This document shows positions 24,195 through 36,850 of a stretch of DNA of 64,000 nt, in pieces. Origin of the DNA: Euprymna scolopes (Eukaryota); NCBI GenBank assembly GCA_053919585.1, contig CM132797.1. One strand, 5' to 3'. Positions within the stretch are counted from its first letter, which is position 1. Each line of letters starts with the position of its first letter. A program made the translations under genes and the position numbers. Under the pieces are notes generated by a model. That model had not been told where the DNA came from. It did no database searches and worked only from the letters and a program-made list of their open reading frames with translations.

Positions 24195-25287
24195 AAATAA
24201 AAAAATGATATATTTAAAACATATAATTTTCATGGATGTAGGAGAATTATAGATGATCTTATATGTATAAACGATAATGATGAATTAAAAAAAAATAAAC
24301 ATCTATTATATCAAAAGGAGTTAGAATTGAATTGTGAACATAGAGGACAACAGGCTACATTTCTGGATTTAGATATAAAAATTGGGGATGGGATTTTTCT
24401 TTTCTAAATTATTTGATAAAAGAAACTCTTTTCCTTTTCAAATATTTCGTATGCTGCATAAATATAGTACCTGCCCTATTTTTATGTTTTTGGAACCACT
24501 ATGTAAGAGTTTTTGAGAATAGCTCGCGTTACCTTAAAATTAATAGATTTCATACCCACAGTTTCTAGCTTAGTAATAAGGATAATAAAACAAGATGAGG
24601 ATAAGACTAAAATATTTAAACAGTTAAATAAAGCATTTGTTCGTTATCCTGGCGCATTTGAATCGTATGAAATTAACAAAAGTATATTAATAAAGGAAAT
24701 CCAAAACTATATTAGTAATGTATAAATGTATTATACATTCTTTAAAAAATGTATATATTTATAAATATTTTTAATTTTATATATTATATTTTTAATTTTA
24801 CATAAATAAGAATGTAAATATATAAACTATTAACAATAGTAGTGGGTGATAAGTAGTCAAATGGATTAATCTTAATTTTATAAATACAAAACTGTTTAAT
24901 TAAAAAACATATCCATTTTGAATTTAGAAACAGACGAAACTCACAAGAAAGATATTTTTTATAACATGGATAGCCTAGCCAAATAAATCAAGAGCAGGAA
25001 ACTAGATCTAATATCTGTAACAGTTTTTGTTCTTGTGATTAAAGGACGTGGTGTTTGATCGACACTGCTGGGGAGCCATGATTTAATATATTGTTTTGTA
25101 ATTAAATCCCCGAAACAGTGTTTTATGGTAAATAACTGATTATCCCTTAAATTATCATTAGTACAATGAATACGAGAGAGTATGTAATTAAATGATTTAT
25201 TGACTAAATAGCTTATTTACGAATGATAAAAAATATAGAAATTAAATAAGTTTTTATATAGTTTTAAAGGTTAAAAACTTCCAAGAC

Positions 25288-25338
<51 letters not shown>

Positions 25339-26103
25339 ATATAAAAAGAAAGAAGGAGAAAAATAAACATAAATATATTGAAAGAACGTGACTTAGTCTT
25401 CTCGCATCGATATTTTATTCTGTACTCCGTCAGTTTAATTCGAGTTCCGTTCTTTGCTTTTCATCTGGCGCGCTTCCCAATCAGATTTGCTCCTTTTTAT
25501 AAAATGCACTCATTAATCCCCGGTTTTGGTACAATCTGATTTTACGACTTGGAATTGGCGTCAGCCTTAACACGACCTCATGTCGTCCGGTACTTTGAAT
25601 ATATTTGACCCTTTGGAAGTTTGGACACAGCTGGTATTGATTTGCCTCCGGATAAAGGCATCATTATGGACTAATAACTACGCATAGAATTCGCCTTGAA
25701 AAACGAATACTGTACCAATCAAACAGACTTGATTCTTTGATTGGTTAATGAAGGATACATAGAAATCAAGAAACAACATGACTGCGTATCTATTTATCTC
25801 TCTGTTTATAGAACTAACTCTCTTTCTATGGCTTAATAAACAGATGCGTACGTATATAAATTGTATGTATGTATCTAAACGAATATATTCATGAGCAAAA
25901 ACAGATAAAATTAAACAGGAAATATTAACACAGAATATTAAAAAANNNNNNNNNNNNNNNNNNNNNNNNNNNNNNNNNNNNNNNNNNNNNNNNNNNNNNN
26001 NNNNNNNNNNNNNNNNNNNNNNNNNNNNNNNNNNNNNNNNNNNNNNNNNNNNNNNNNNNNNNNNNNNNNNNNNNNNNNNNNNNNNNNNNNNNNNNNNNNN
26101 NNN

Positions 26104-26616
26104 GACACGTCGTCCGACATTAGAAATGTCTTAACTAAAAATACTAAAATTCGAAATCTTAACAAATGCACACAACGACTAAAATTCCTAGAAGCCATAC
26201 TTATAAAAAAAAAACTACAGCCATTTTTGAACCGGATCTCATTTAACACCTGGACAAATATACTAACTATATTTAATAACTAACCTGAAAGTAAATTACT
26301 AAATTATAAAATAGGAAAATCGAAACTAAAAATAAAATAAAAATAATTCGCCCTCAACCTTCCTGTACCCACCTTTATAGTCAATTAAAAATATATAAAT
26401 ACACCAAGAAAAGGAATAGAAGAAAAAAATAATCGTTTCTGACGATAATCGGATGCGCCGATAGAAAGCGCTTGAGAAAAATATGGCCGAACAACAACTT
26501 TTAGGCATCATTCTATATAATATACCTGCCGAAATTTAAAAAAAAAACGCAGGGCACATCGAAAAATAACCAGAAAGATCGGAAAAAGAAATAACTCTGT
26601 CGCGTTCCATCAGACA

Positions 26617-26621
<5 letters not shown>
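26104..26621 (+). mobile_element. 3' end of a Penelope-type PLE: GIY-YIG C-terminus, pLTR with HHR-like motif (26435-26478), and repeated ORF start
   Basis: RLKFLEAILIKKK..P.LN; CTGACGA-(TA)ATCGG-ATGCG-CCGAT(A)-GAAAGCGCTT-GAGAAA; ATG MAEQQLLG... and SVAFHQTCL, then (TA)n. Confidence 0.75.
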
Positions 26622-26672
<51 letters not shown>

Positions 26673-27409
26673 CTAGCAAAAGAACCCGTCATTGACTGGG
26701 TTCAAAAACAGCCTACTGAAAATGGATTCTGATTTATGAAAGTATGATAGGTTATGAAAAGGAAGGGTTGTAATGAGATAGCTTCTAATTTGTGGGTATC
26801 AAAACCAAAGCAAAATATGATGAAAGTAAAAACAAAATAGATAAACCCTATAATCTAACATACCATACCTGTTCACACTGAAACACTTATGACAATATTA
26901 AAAAACCTTGTTAAACTTTGTGACATATTTCCATCTATGGAGGTCAGGCGCGAACGAACACCCCAAATTTCATTATACCATATTTTTTCAAACTGAAACA
27001 TAATTATCAAAGTATACTTACACAGATAGATATGAAAAGTCTTTATTAAAGTGTGTGCTTATTTCCATTCTATGGAGACCAGGCGCGAACGAACACCCCA
27101 CAATTTCATTATACCATCCCTATTTAAGTTAAAACATACTTACCAAAGTATTATTATGTACATATATATCAAAAACACTTGTAAACGTTTTTTTTTTAAT
27201 TTAAATTTTTTTTTATTTCCATACTTTGTAGACCAGACGCGAACGCAGACCCCACATTTTTTATGAACCACTGTTCTGCCAGATCAAACATACCCATTCC
27301 TGTGTCTCGATACATCTTCTATCATTATATGTAATCAGCTTTTTACAATAGTCAACCATATAGGAGCCTATTCGTGACCAGACACACACAGACATACACA
27401 CACATACAG

Positions 27410-27415
<6 letters not shown>
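26673..27415 (-). mobile_element. Non-autonomous Helitron-like element with three internal ~135-155 bp-period repeats
   Basis: CTAG plus ACCCGTC..GACTGGGT hairpin at the left end. The ATTTCCAT..TATGGAG..CAGGCGCGAACG unit occurs near 26926, 27061 and 27215. Confidence 0.65.
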
Positions 27416-27458
<43 letters not shown>

Positions 27459-28806
27459 TTTCGAAGAAAGATTACAATAAAGACGAAACGTTGATTGATA
27501 TATAACTTACTTTTTTTTCCTTTTTTTATCCTTCTATCTGCACAGGNNNNNNNNNNNNNNNNNNNNNNNNNNNNNNNNNNNNNNNNNNNNNNNNNNNNNN
27601 NNNNNNNNNNNNNNNNNNNNNNNNNNNNNNNNNNNNNNNNNNNNNNNNNNNNNNNNNNNNNNNNNNNNNNNNNNNNNNNNNNNNATAGCAAGTGAGGTAG
27701 CTAGATAGATTGATAGATGTATGATAATTAGATATAAATAAATTGGGGGTTAATTAAATGAGACTTTATGAGAAGTGCAGATATTGATTACGCAAATCTC
27801 AATCCCTACTATGATTTCATCACGTGTCGAATGGGATAAGATAAAATTCGATTATTGAAGTGATTTTTCCACTGTGTACATCTATATAGAAAGGCATTAA
27901 AGCTGAACTCGTACCTTCGTAATTTGCTCTATAAAATGGTATTTGTAATTATTTTTCCGTATAGGTATCTATGTAAACTTCATTGAATACCCATTTAGTT
28001 CGATAATTAAATCGCCAATCTTCAAGTTGTTAATTCTTTCCGCCGTCAGACTCTGGGACCTTGATACAGTTGTTCGTGTTTTGAACTTTGCAAAATTAGT
28101 GTACTATTTTCCTTGTTAAGAACATCGTTAACCCTTTCAGTTTTTTGTAATTGAGGAAATCGCTAAACATTAGATTCCATATTTGCCACAGTCTAGGGAT
28201 GAATTACTTGGGCGCCTTGACCAACTGTAAAGGCTCTCAGCACGCGCAAGGTTTAAAAGATGAAATTAAAACAATTGAAACTCTGAAAGTAAGTTGTCTA
28301 ACTTGCAAATCTTGTGGATATAATGGTCTTTTAGTTGTGAGTATTAAATTACCACAACATTTAAAGAATTGTCCTTTGTGTACATCATTATGTTACAACT
28401 AAACAACTAAACGCGGAAACTAAGTAACAATTCGCTCAATCAACCATTCTTTTGTACATTACAACATGAACATTCTTTTAACTGTAAACAAACTAGACTC
28501 ATGAAATTTATTTCAAATAAATTTCGGCGAATACATTTGGAATACACCATTTCTTGCCAACACTTAGACAATTAAAGAACGTAACAGCTTCCACAAATTA
28601 TATTCTTAAATTAGCAAACTAATATTACCCAAACAGAATTTTAATTAAAAGTAAGTCCCAATATATTACATCGCCTTCAGAAAAAAATATTTGGACATAA
28701 AATCGATATTAAAAAATCAACACGTCACAAATTTTCACATAGTGTTATGTTTTCATTTCACGAGGATCAGCTTGGGAAAGTCTTAACATAAAGATACGAA
28801 GTTTTG

Positions 28807-28867
<61 letters not shown>

Positions 28868-29371
28868 TATATATATATATCACTTTCCATATACTATCAC
28901 ATTTGAATATGATTTCCATAATTATATATGTATGTATATATATATATATATATCAACTTTGTTAACATTACAGAATCTTTTGCTTTATTGCTAAAAAAAA
29001 AATATTCTTGTGATCGTTTTGTGTTAAATTAAAAACAGACAATAATATAAGTTCTATACGTATCACAAACGTTTTCAACGCTTTTACGAAACATCATCAT
29101 GTTTGTGAAAAAGCAAATGGACGAAAAAACTAAAGAAACGTAAATAATTTAAAACGTAGCCGAAGAGCGGTACGTTCAGACGTCAAGAAAATATTTTTAC
29201 ACATTTAAAGTAAACACAGAAAAAATACAAGCGCGTATGACTTATGATGTCTATCCAGCCATGGCTGACGGAATGAGTGTATGCTACCCCTGTTGAGTAG
29301 ATAAATGGTTACGTTCGAAATTCCGCCTAAATTTTCGAGTATAACAGAAACTTTCCCAAGTTCGAAAAGAT

Positions 29372-29425
29372 AAACCTGAAGAAGATTGGTGGTTACATCG
29401 ATCGAAACGTTTTGAAAATAAAACT
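29372..29425 (+). ncRNA. Penelope pLTR-type minimal hammerhead motif followed by AATAAA
   Basis: CTGAAGA-A-GATTGGTG(GTTA)CATCGATC-GAAAC-GTT. Stem II has 8 bp, stem III is an ultra-short palindrome (AACGTT), and stem I is poor. Confidence 0.65.
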
Positions 29426-30639
29426 CAACATGAGAACAGTAGTCCAAAGAATCCAAATAATACGAATAACTTCTTAACTTTTATTTACTAATTTAGCTTT
29501 AAGATACACAAGCCACAGGCATAGTCTCGCGTCAGTATTTACCGAGCTTCTTTGTACATTTTCAGACGCATATGGCGTCTATCGCTTCCTGATTTTGACT
29601 GAATAGAAATTCGATTCTGTGCCCCGAACACGTGACGTAATTTCTATGTAATATCATTACACATCAGCATTGCTTGCGCGTTTTGTCTCGTAAGGTAACA
29701 CTTGAACGTTCAATCAAACTAGCGGCACTAGTCTATTTTCGTTTGGGTTTAGGGCATCCTGACATATAACATTTAACCCTAACCCGACATTTATAATAGT
29801 AAGCATGATTTTAATTACTGCGTAGAATCACACTATATAACAATACAAGTTTCCTATTAGAAGTGTCTCGGCCTAATATCTCTAGTGTTTGTTGATGGGT
29901 ATGGCGTTATCCTGATTTGGTCGTCTTATCGAGACATCAACTACGACTTACGTATGTTCAATTGTTCTTCAATCATCTTTTGTCGATACAACACTTGTCT
30001 AGCTACAACGATAATCCAAATCTGTGCTTTTATATAAACGAAAATTCCATGAGAAAAGCTTTATTATAGAACTGCACGTATGTTCCGCTGACATTTTTTC
30101 CAGATGACTACAATATGGTCGTCTTCAAGTTGAGTGAAAACAAGTTCCTGTTGAAATAAACAATCAATTTTTATCCCATTTCCATCACTAACTATTAATA
30201 TGCCGTTGTGTCAGTGATTACTGCACATTCATTAACTCATTTCGTCTAGTGGTTTTCAGGTCTTGATGAGTGATAATTCCCCTGTGAAATAGATTTTAAA
30301 AAAACTTTCGTAGGAATAAGAATACTTGGAATTATTAGGTGAGCACTCGGATTAAGTGACGATGATAGATTATGTTGGTGTGACAGCAGTTCTGTTGGGG
30401 GGAATCTGAGACTGTAACAATGGTATTCATGTAAAAACGCGTGTTATTATAACTTCATGATGCATAACTTATCTAATAGACTATACTAATACTGATGACG
30501 TGTGTAGATATAACCTGTTGGAGGGAACAATCAAAATTCAGAATAAACGTGAAATGTTATCTGCCAGTGAAGTATAAGCATGCAGATCTGAAAGGCCACC
30601 TGTGGAAGAAGGCTGCTCACACTTGAGATTATCTTGTAT

Positions 30640-31147
30640 CTCAAAGAGTCACTATTCGCCCATCTGAACTGGTGAATTTGCCATCGGTCTCTCGCTCATA
30701 TATAAGGTTTAAAAAAGAGTCGCTCACCTAGGTTCCGCATTGTTAGTAAAACTCTATCCTCTGCCCCATCGTTGAAATGTGGCATCCATGTGACTGCTTT
30801 ACAAGTACTTTAATGGTAAGTGTCCAGACAAACTCATAACACAAGTACTCTTTCAACATAAATACTCCCGACAAACAAGTTTAGCAGCAAAATCCCATCC
30901 CTCCACAGTATACATCACTAGATGTCGTAAAGCATTCTACTCAAATAGCTTATCTCTCGAGCTACTAGACTTTGGAATTCTCTTACAGGCCCCTACTTCT
31001 CTAACTGTACTTACATTCAGAAGTTTCAGCGTAACGTGATCAAACATCTCACTACCCAACTCCCTGCATAATGTCCAGAAAAACCTGGTCCTTATTAGTA
31101 GCCACTTCCGACTTAGTCGTATTGTGCCTTATCTGAGGTGAATAAAT
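30640..31147 (+). mobile_element. Old 3' fragment of LINE family B
   Basis: Matches the reverse complement of 23572-24153 (HR.NVASM.LLYKYFNG, KSHPSTV..RCRKAFYSNS, 3' UTR). Confidence 0.8.
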
Positions 31148-31838
31148 AGTAAACACAACGGATAATGAATTAATTGATAAGAGTATAAAAACGTAATGAT
31201 ACAGTAATAGCCAACCACTTTCGTGCGCGCCCAAATATCAGGATAGTTTCATAGCGTGGAGATATATGCATTTATCTTAAATTAATTAAAAGTGATGCTA
31301 TGATTCCAATATTTTTCCTGATTTCGATACAATTAGCAAATCCGCTTCCGAATCTTTATAAATATCTAAATATTGAACTATATATTTTTTTAATTACTGC
31401 AAAAAGACATGTTAAATTTGCAAATATTTTTTTTTCAAACGTACAAAATACTTGTTGGGGAAAATTGTAATTTTTATTTGTTTAAAATCAATAAATAATT
31501 ATCATTTACGCATCACTACAAGCAGAGAAAATATTGCTTTAAACACCATCAAACAAAAAAGACAATTAGAAGAATCGGTATTTGCATCGGAAAACCGGCA
31601 TATTTTTCCGATTCCCATACCGATTTTGATACCCCAAAAAGTTACGATTTTTCCGATTAACCGCTCCAACACTACGAATAAACCGATCCTTACAACTGTT
31701 GAAACAGAGCCGTTACGCATAAGAGGTATAAATGAGGAGTATATTTCATTTTATTCATGAGTCATGCCAAACGGAATCACAGATATGCCGCACTATTTTG
31801 AATATTAATGCTTGATGAAGACATAAAATTGCAATCTA

Positions 31839-32594
31839 CGATATGGCTTAAATAAGTTTCCAGGCATTTTTGGTCAGGCATTTAAAATCATCGTACACTT
31901 TGGAAAATTCGGTATGTTATTGCTATATATCTTATGGTATGACTGACAAATTTTTATGGTTTCAGGATAAAATCAACAGCTAAAGCAGGAATTGGAATAC
32001 GCCGTACTAAACCCTAATTGTCACAGCTGACGATTTTCAAGCATGCAATCTGGGCGTGAGAATTATTTAGAAGATGGAGTAAAATTCTCTTTTAACTTTG
32101 AAAAATGTCAAAGAAACGTATGGAATAATTCAACCTGATTTTGGGACATTTTGCATGAATCGAGCATCAGTTGTCGAGTAACATAATCGATTCAAGAAAG
32201 GCAGGGAGTCTGTGAGAGATGATGAGAAGTGTGAAGGGAGTCAGAACACGGGAGTTAATTGGCCAAATAATGAATTTCATGGATAAGGACCGTCGTGTGT
32301 CTATAGAGACAATAAGTGACCAGTTTTATATCCGTGTTTTAACTATACATACAATTATTCGCGAGGAATGGGGATGTGGAATATCCGCGCGACGTTTTCC
32401 ACAAAGGTGCTCAGAGAAGATAAAAAAGAAAGCCGTTAAAATGACCGAGATGCGCATCAAGACAGTTCCCTATAGTCCAGAACAATACAAGTGCTTAATA
32501 GCTTGATAAGATTACTTCGAAGGATACTAGAGTTCATGTATGTATAAAAAGTGGCCTTATAAAAAAAGTCTGCAAACTTATTTAAGGCACCTCC
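31839..32594 (+). mobile_element. Non-autonomous mariner-like element
   Basis: Degenerate TIRs matching 16300-17216. HTH remnant FMDKDRRVSIETIS..VLTIHTIIREE..ISARRFP. Confidence 0.8.
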
Positions 32595-33993
32595 TCTGAT
32601 GATTGGGTTTATTTTTAGGACCCTCGTAATACTCTTGCCTTCCAATTTTGTTTTTTCGCATTTCATGAGCGATGTTTTTTGACGAAGAATTAAGAAATAC
32701 TATTTATGCCCGGATTAACTCCATCTAGTATTCATCGATAGCTAGTTGTTAACGTCGAAGAGATGATTTTTTTAAGATTCTTGCATCAAATGGCTTCATG
32801 TTTTGCTTGGAGTGATTTTTAAGGAAGACAATGATCCTTTCTTGAACGAGATATTAAACAGTGTTATGCAAGTCGCATTTGGCTAGGTTTTAACACGTGC
32901 TTCGCTGACATACATCTTCTCTACTGTATTCGATGTTGATCACATAACAACAATTGTAGATTCTGCCAACGATGGTTAGGCTCGTCTAACGAATGAACAG
33001 ATATCATGTATATACGTTTGTTATTTTACATGTAGGTATGTATCTGTGAGTTTGCAGCTGTCTGATTTCTTGAAGTTTATTTCATCTGATCTCACTCATC
33101 CACACACCTTGTTGGATATTTTCAGTTCTGTCATTTTTGATTTAATTTTGTGGCAGTTTTTCTACGCCATATTAGAAAACTAAAAATAAATAACTCACTA
33201 AATAAAGCATCTTCAAGGTCCCCATATTTTTCAATTTTCTTTTCCTTCCCTCCTTTTTTACACTACTCTATCCACCACTCTTATCCTTCCTCCTCCTCCT
33301 GTTAACATTTTGTTTCTCTATTTTTCATTTTTCATTCATCCAAATGTATAAACCTTTCAGAAGCCGTTTTTTTTTAAAGTCTGTTTGCTTATATTTTGTT
33401 TTATCCCGATTTCGTTCTTTCTATCTTTACGACGAATCACGAGCACATCTGACGGTTTCGCAAAAATAGGCCGAAGTAATCAATATCCGGTCGCCATATT
33501 TGTTTTCTCCTTTCATTTGATCAAAGAGAGAGTGGAAAGGGGAGGGGTGCACATGCGTGATAGGGGAAGAGGGGGTGTGCGCGTGACGGGGAATAAAAAA
33601 ACTTTTACGCACGAGTTTCTCATTGGTGTGTGCGTTGATTTATGGATTCCGATAAAGTGGTTGGCAGAATCCCAACTGCGTCCACACCTTTCATTTAATA
33701 TTTTTCTACAGTGTTTTATCTTATTTATCCCACGTTTTCTTTTTGTAGCGTATTTATGCTATTGTTTGTTTACAAAGTCGTACCTTTATTATTATTTATG
33801 TGTCTTAATTTCTCGATATTTATCGAATTTTGTTGTTTTACCTACCTAGTTAATCACTAATATTATAACATGTAACAAAATGTGTTAGTGCATCGAACAT
33901 ATACATGCATATATATATATACATATATATATATGTATATATGTATATATATACATATATATATGTATATATACATATACATACATATATATA

Positions 33994-34343
33994 TTTAAAT
34001 ACTCAAAAATAAAGAATATATAGACACATATATTCGAATTAAGAATTTATTGTTTGACAAAAGGAATATATAGAAGGGGTTATGTTGATTTCCTTAATCC
34101 ATAAGGAAATCAACATAACCCCATTCTATATATTCCTTTTGTCAAACAATGCATTCTTAATTGGAATATATGTGTCTATATGTTGTTGTTTTTTCAGAAT
34201 TTAAAGATAACCACTAAACTTATATATTGCTCTATGCTTAAATATTGAGCTTCTCCTTTTCGGCTAGGATCGCCCTGAAATTATTTCTTCAAGTAATATC
34301 TATCAGAATCTTTCATCTGATTTCTAATCAGTGTCTTATCTCG

Positions 34344-34348
<5 letters not shown>
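33994..34348. repeat. Asymmetric palindrome (family P3): arms of about 100 bp (33994-34096 / 34102-34208) plus a ~140 bp unpaired tail, within (TA)n
   Basis: GGGGTTATGTTGATTTCCTTA-ATCCA-TAAGGAAATCAACATAACCCC centre with long flanking complementarity. No HHR is visible. Confidence 0.85.
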
Positions 34349-34389
<41 letters not shown>

Positions 34390-34392
<3 letters not shown>

Positions 34393-34461
34393 ATCCACAT
34401 ACAATAGTTTCGCTGTTTCACAGCTCATTAGTGCAGCTAGACAGGCAACTACCTCAAGCCA

Positions 34462-34464
<3 letters not shown>
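34390..34464 (-). mobile_element. 5'-truncated copy of tRNA-HHR element T2 in (TA)n
   Basis: Aligns to 15713-15790 with an identical 3' end (GGATGAC-TA). It is truncated inside the B box. The core is mutated to CTAATGA and stem II is GCTGT/ACAGC. Confidence 0.85.
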
Positions 34465-34505
<41 letters not shown>

Positions 34506-34789
34506 TATTTTATCACCTATTAATTTGAGGGTTAAAAACCTTCTTTCTCTATTTACAAAATCATTAAAACGAACCTGTAAAAACACTCAGTTATACACGG
34601 GAGTGACTGCATAAAGGTTAACTAATTTTCATCCTCCTTTGAAAAACTAGCGTTAATTAAATACTTGTTCACTTTGTTAGGTTTTTATTAAATGATTGGT
34701 TTCATTTCTCTATTACGCTGAATTCTATTTAAGCAGTTTCTATATCATGAATAATGGCGTAGAATTTAAGATGAAAATGTAACTTTACG

Positions 34790-36365
34790 ATTATATAAAA
34801 GGAACTTTGTCTATGTATCTGTGTGTGTCTTTGTCTGTAGGTTCTTTCACTACGGACTTGAAAACAGCTGGGTCGATCTTTTTGGAAATTTTACACTAAT
34901 TTATTTCACGTGCATGGCAGTGCCCTTAGAAATGTTCTGTGTCGGGATGTCCTCGATAAGTATCGATGATCGATAACCGAAATAATCCGATGAACGAAGA
35001 AACTGGCGGTTTTGACTTAATAAGCATCTTACACAGTGTAACACCACAAGTGCATTTTGGAAGTTTTGTTATTGTTGCATAGGGATCTTTATATTGAGAG
35101 ATGACGAGGACATATAACGCGTAGATGTAATACAGGATTGACTATTATGTGAGAGATGGAAATTCATTATTCACATTATTTTATTTGATGATGCGAGAGA
35201 TGGAAATTCATTATTCACTTTATTTCATTTGACCGGTCGAATGATTTGACGTCAGGAATTCACATTGGTTCTACATGGTTAAACTACTACCCCTTCGCCT
35301 CTGACTATGTCAGCTCTTTCCGACTGACTTTGCTGACGGCTCGACTCCTCGTCACTATAATCTGCTAATCCTAGCTCCTATTATTGAGAGTTCCGTATTT
35401 GCTATAACGTCAGATGTGTGGTTCCAAAACGTGACCAACTCACATGGCTAAGCACATGCCTGTCCAAAACAAACTTCTGCAAGCAAAGAATTTTCAACTA
35501 ACCTACTTTTTACAATATATTTTAGATTTGTATTGTGCATTAATTTTAGCTGGCCATTTTTAATTCAGTTTTCATAAAAAAATGAGCAATACAAATAATA
35601 AAATCATAAAAAAAATTTACAATACAAATAATATCTAACTATTTCATATGGAATTTAACCAAAATTAAAATTAGCGAAATTCTAACATTCCAAGTAAATA
35701 TATTTCTGAACCTTGCTTACCAGGTTCGAGTCTCGGCTTATCCTAATCTCAATTTCCACTTACCTAATGTTCTTCTTATTTACAGGAAAAGGGGACAGCC
35801 CTTTTTTGTAATATTATATTATCGCACAGGCCGAAACGCCCAGCATATAAAATCAACGGTCGGCTACCTGATATGACATGGATGCGTTTGAAATGGATGT
35901 TTCTCTTTAAAGCACGATTTCACATTGGTACTTGACTTTTTCATTTAAAATTTAAATTCAAACCATTATCATTGCGCAACTAGTAATGCCAGGCATACGA
36001 AATCAACAGTAGATGCTTTGATATGACAGGGACACCACTGAAATGATTGTTTTTGTTTAGAACAAAATTGAAGCATGATACTTGATTTTGACTTTTGCAT
36101 ATGAAACTTGAATGCGAGCCATTGCATAAAATTATTGTATGAGCTCAAAACTAGGTCTCTACAGTGGCCTGCAGACTACAATATATTGTGAATGTAGTCA
36201 CTTTGCGAAGCCTGTGAAATTTACTATGTGCATCGGGATGGGTTCTCAACAAGAGCAGAAAATCCATCCGTTTGACTGGGCTATTTCATCGATTTCGATG
36301 ACAACAAGAATATAGAAGTGTGGAACATTCGCTGGTCATTATTCAACTTTGGGAAACATCGAGTC
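34790..36365 (+). mobile_element. Possible degraded Helitron 5' region
   Basis: TATATAAAAG..GTCTGT..CGATC..GAAATTTTACAC start typical of Helitron-like ends, internal direct repeats (35152/35195 and 35840/35990), and a weak Cys/His remnant near 36190. Confidence 0.35.
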
Positions 36366-36544
36366 ACCCTTCATGCCGCCCCCCCCCATTTGGTGTTACC
36401 AAATTAGTAAAAGTGAAAATTATCCTCAACTCAGATTTAGGTAAAAATGCACCTTCATATAAATAATTGAATTCATTCAAAAGTATCGCAAAAAATAAGC
36501 CAACAAATAAATAAAATCTACATAAAACGCGATGAATCCAGCAG

Positions 36545-36658
36545 TTGTGGAAGACATCCCGAATGTAGGGGTTTATGTTTCTAATTATGAGGTCCCGATT
36601 TCGAATCTCGCATGATTCAGCTGTGATGAGTTGTAGCGACAAATCACGTGTCAGTGCA

Positions 36659-36662
<4 letters not shown>
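36545..36662 (+). mobile_element. Degenerate tRNA-headed, hammerhead-tailed element (family T3) ending in (TA)n
   Basis: A-box-like TCCCGAATG (36557-65) and B-box/T-arm GAGGTCCCGATTTCGAATCTCG, then GCT-GTGATGA-GTTG(TAG)CGAC-AAATC-ACGT-GTC^AGT. Three substitutions relative to the CTGATGA/GAAAC consensus; (TA)n starts about 10 nt after the triplet. Confidence 0.6.
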
Positions 36663-36715
<53 letters not shown>

Positions 36716-36850
36716 TTCAGAATAGTTTTCTTTTATTTAACAATCAGTTGGTATGGAAACCTATGATTATAAGATTTACAAAATATTACTGGCGGTAATA
36801 TGCTGTGAGTCATCCCATCCAAATAAGAATTGATCGATATGCAAGATAGA

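Larger units (their letters stand above)
21680..25130 (+). mobile_element. Decayed Naiad-like Penelope-like element (RT), interrupted by a Helitron-like element and a LINE
   Basis: KYVIVPIDNAANN, MY*IPKM...ARFIVASKTCITK, SIFDFSTLYNKLP|LPHENL, IGIPIRLDPAPFWANLYL, RIIDDLICIND, ATFLDLDI and KLFDKRNSFPF. An HHR-like remnant lies downstream at 25060-25128. The clade assignment rests on remembered motif style only. Confidence 0.75.

Noticed and set aside
26926-27260. Regularly spaced ~35-bp repeats resembling a CRISPR array
   Set aside because: Only three degenerate units, the spacers are themselves similar, they sit inside a Helitron-like element, and there are no cas genes in this eukaryotic context.
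30485-30570. CTGATGA...GAAA pair
   Set aside because: Stem II is out of register and stem I is mismatched; consistent with chance.
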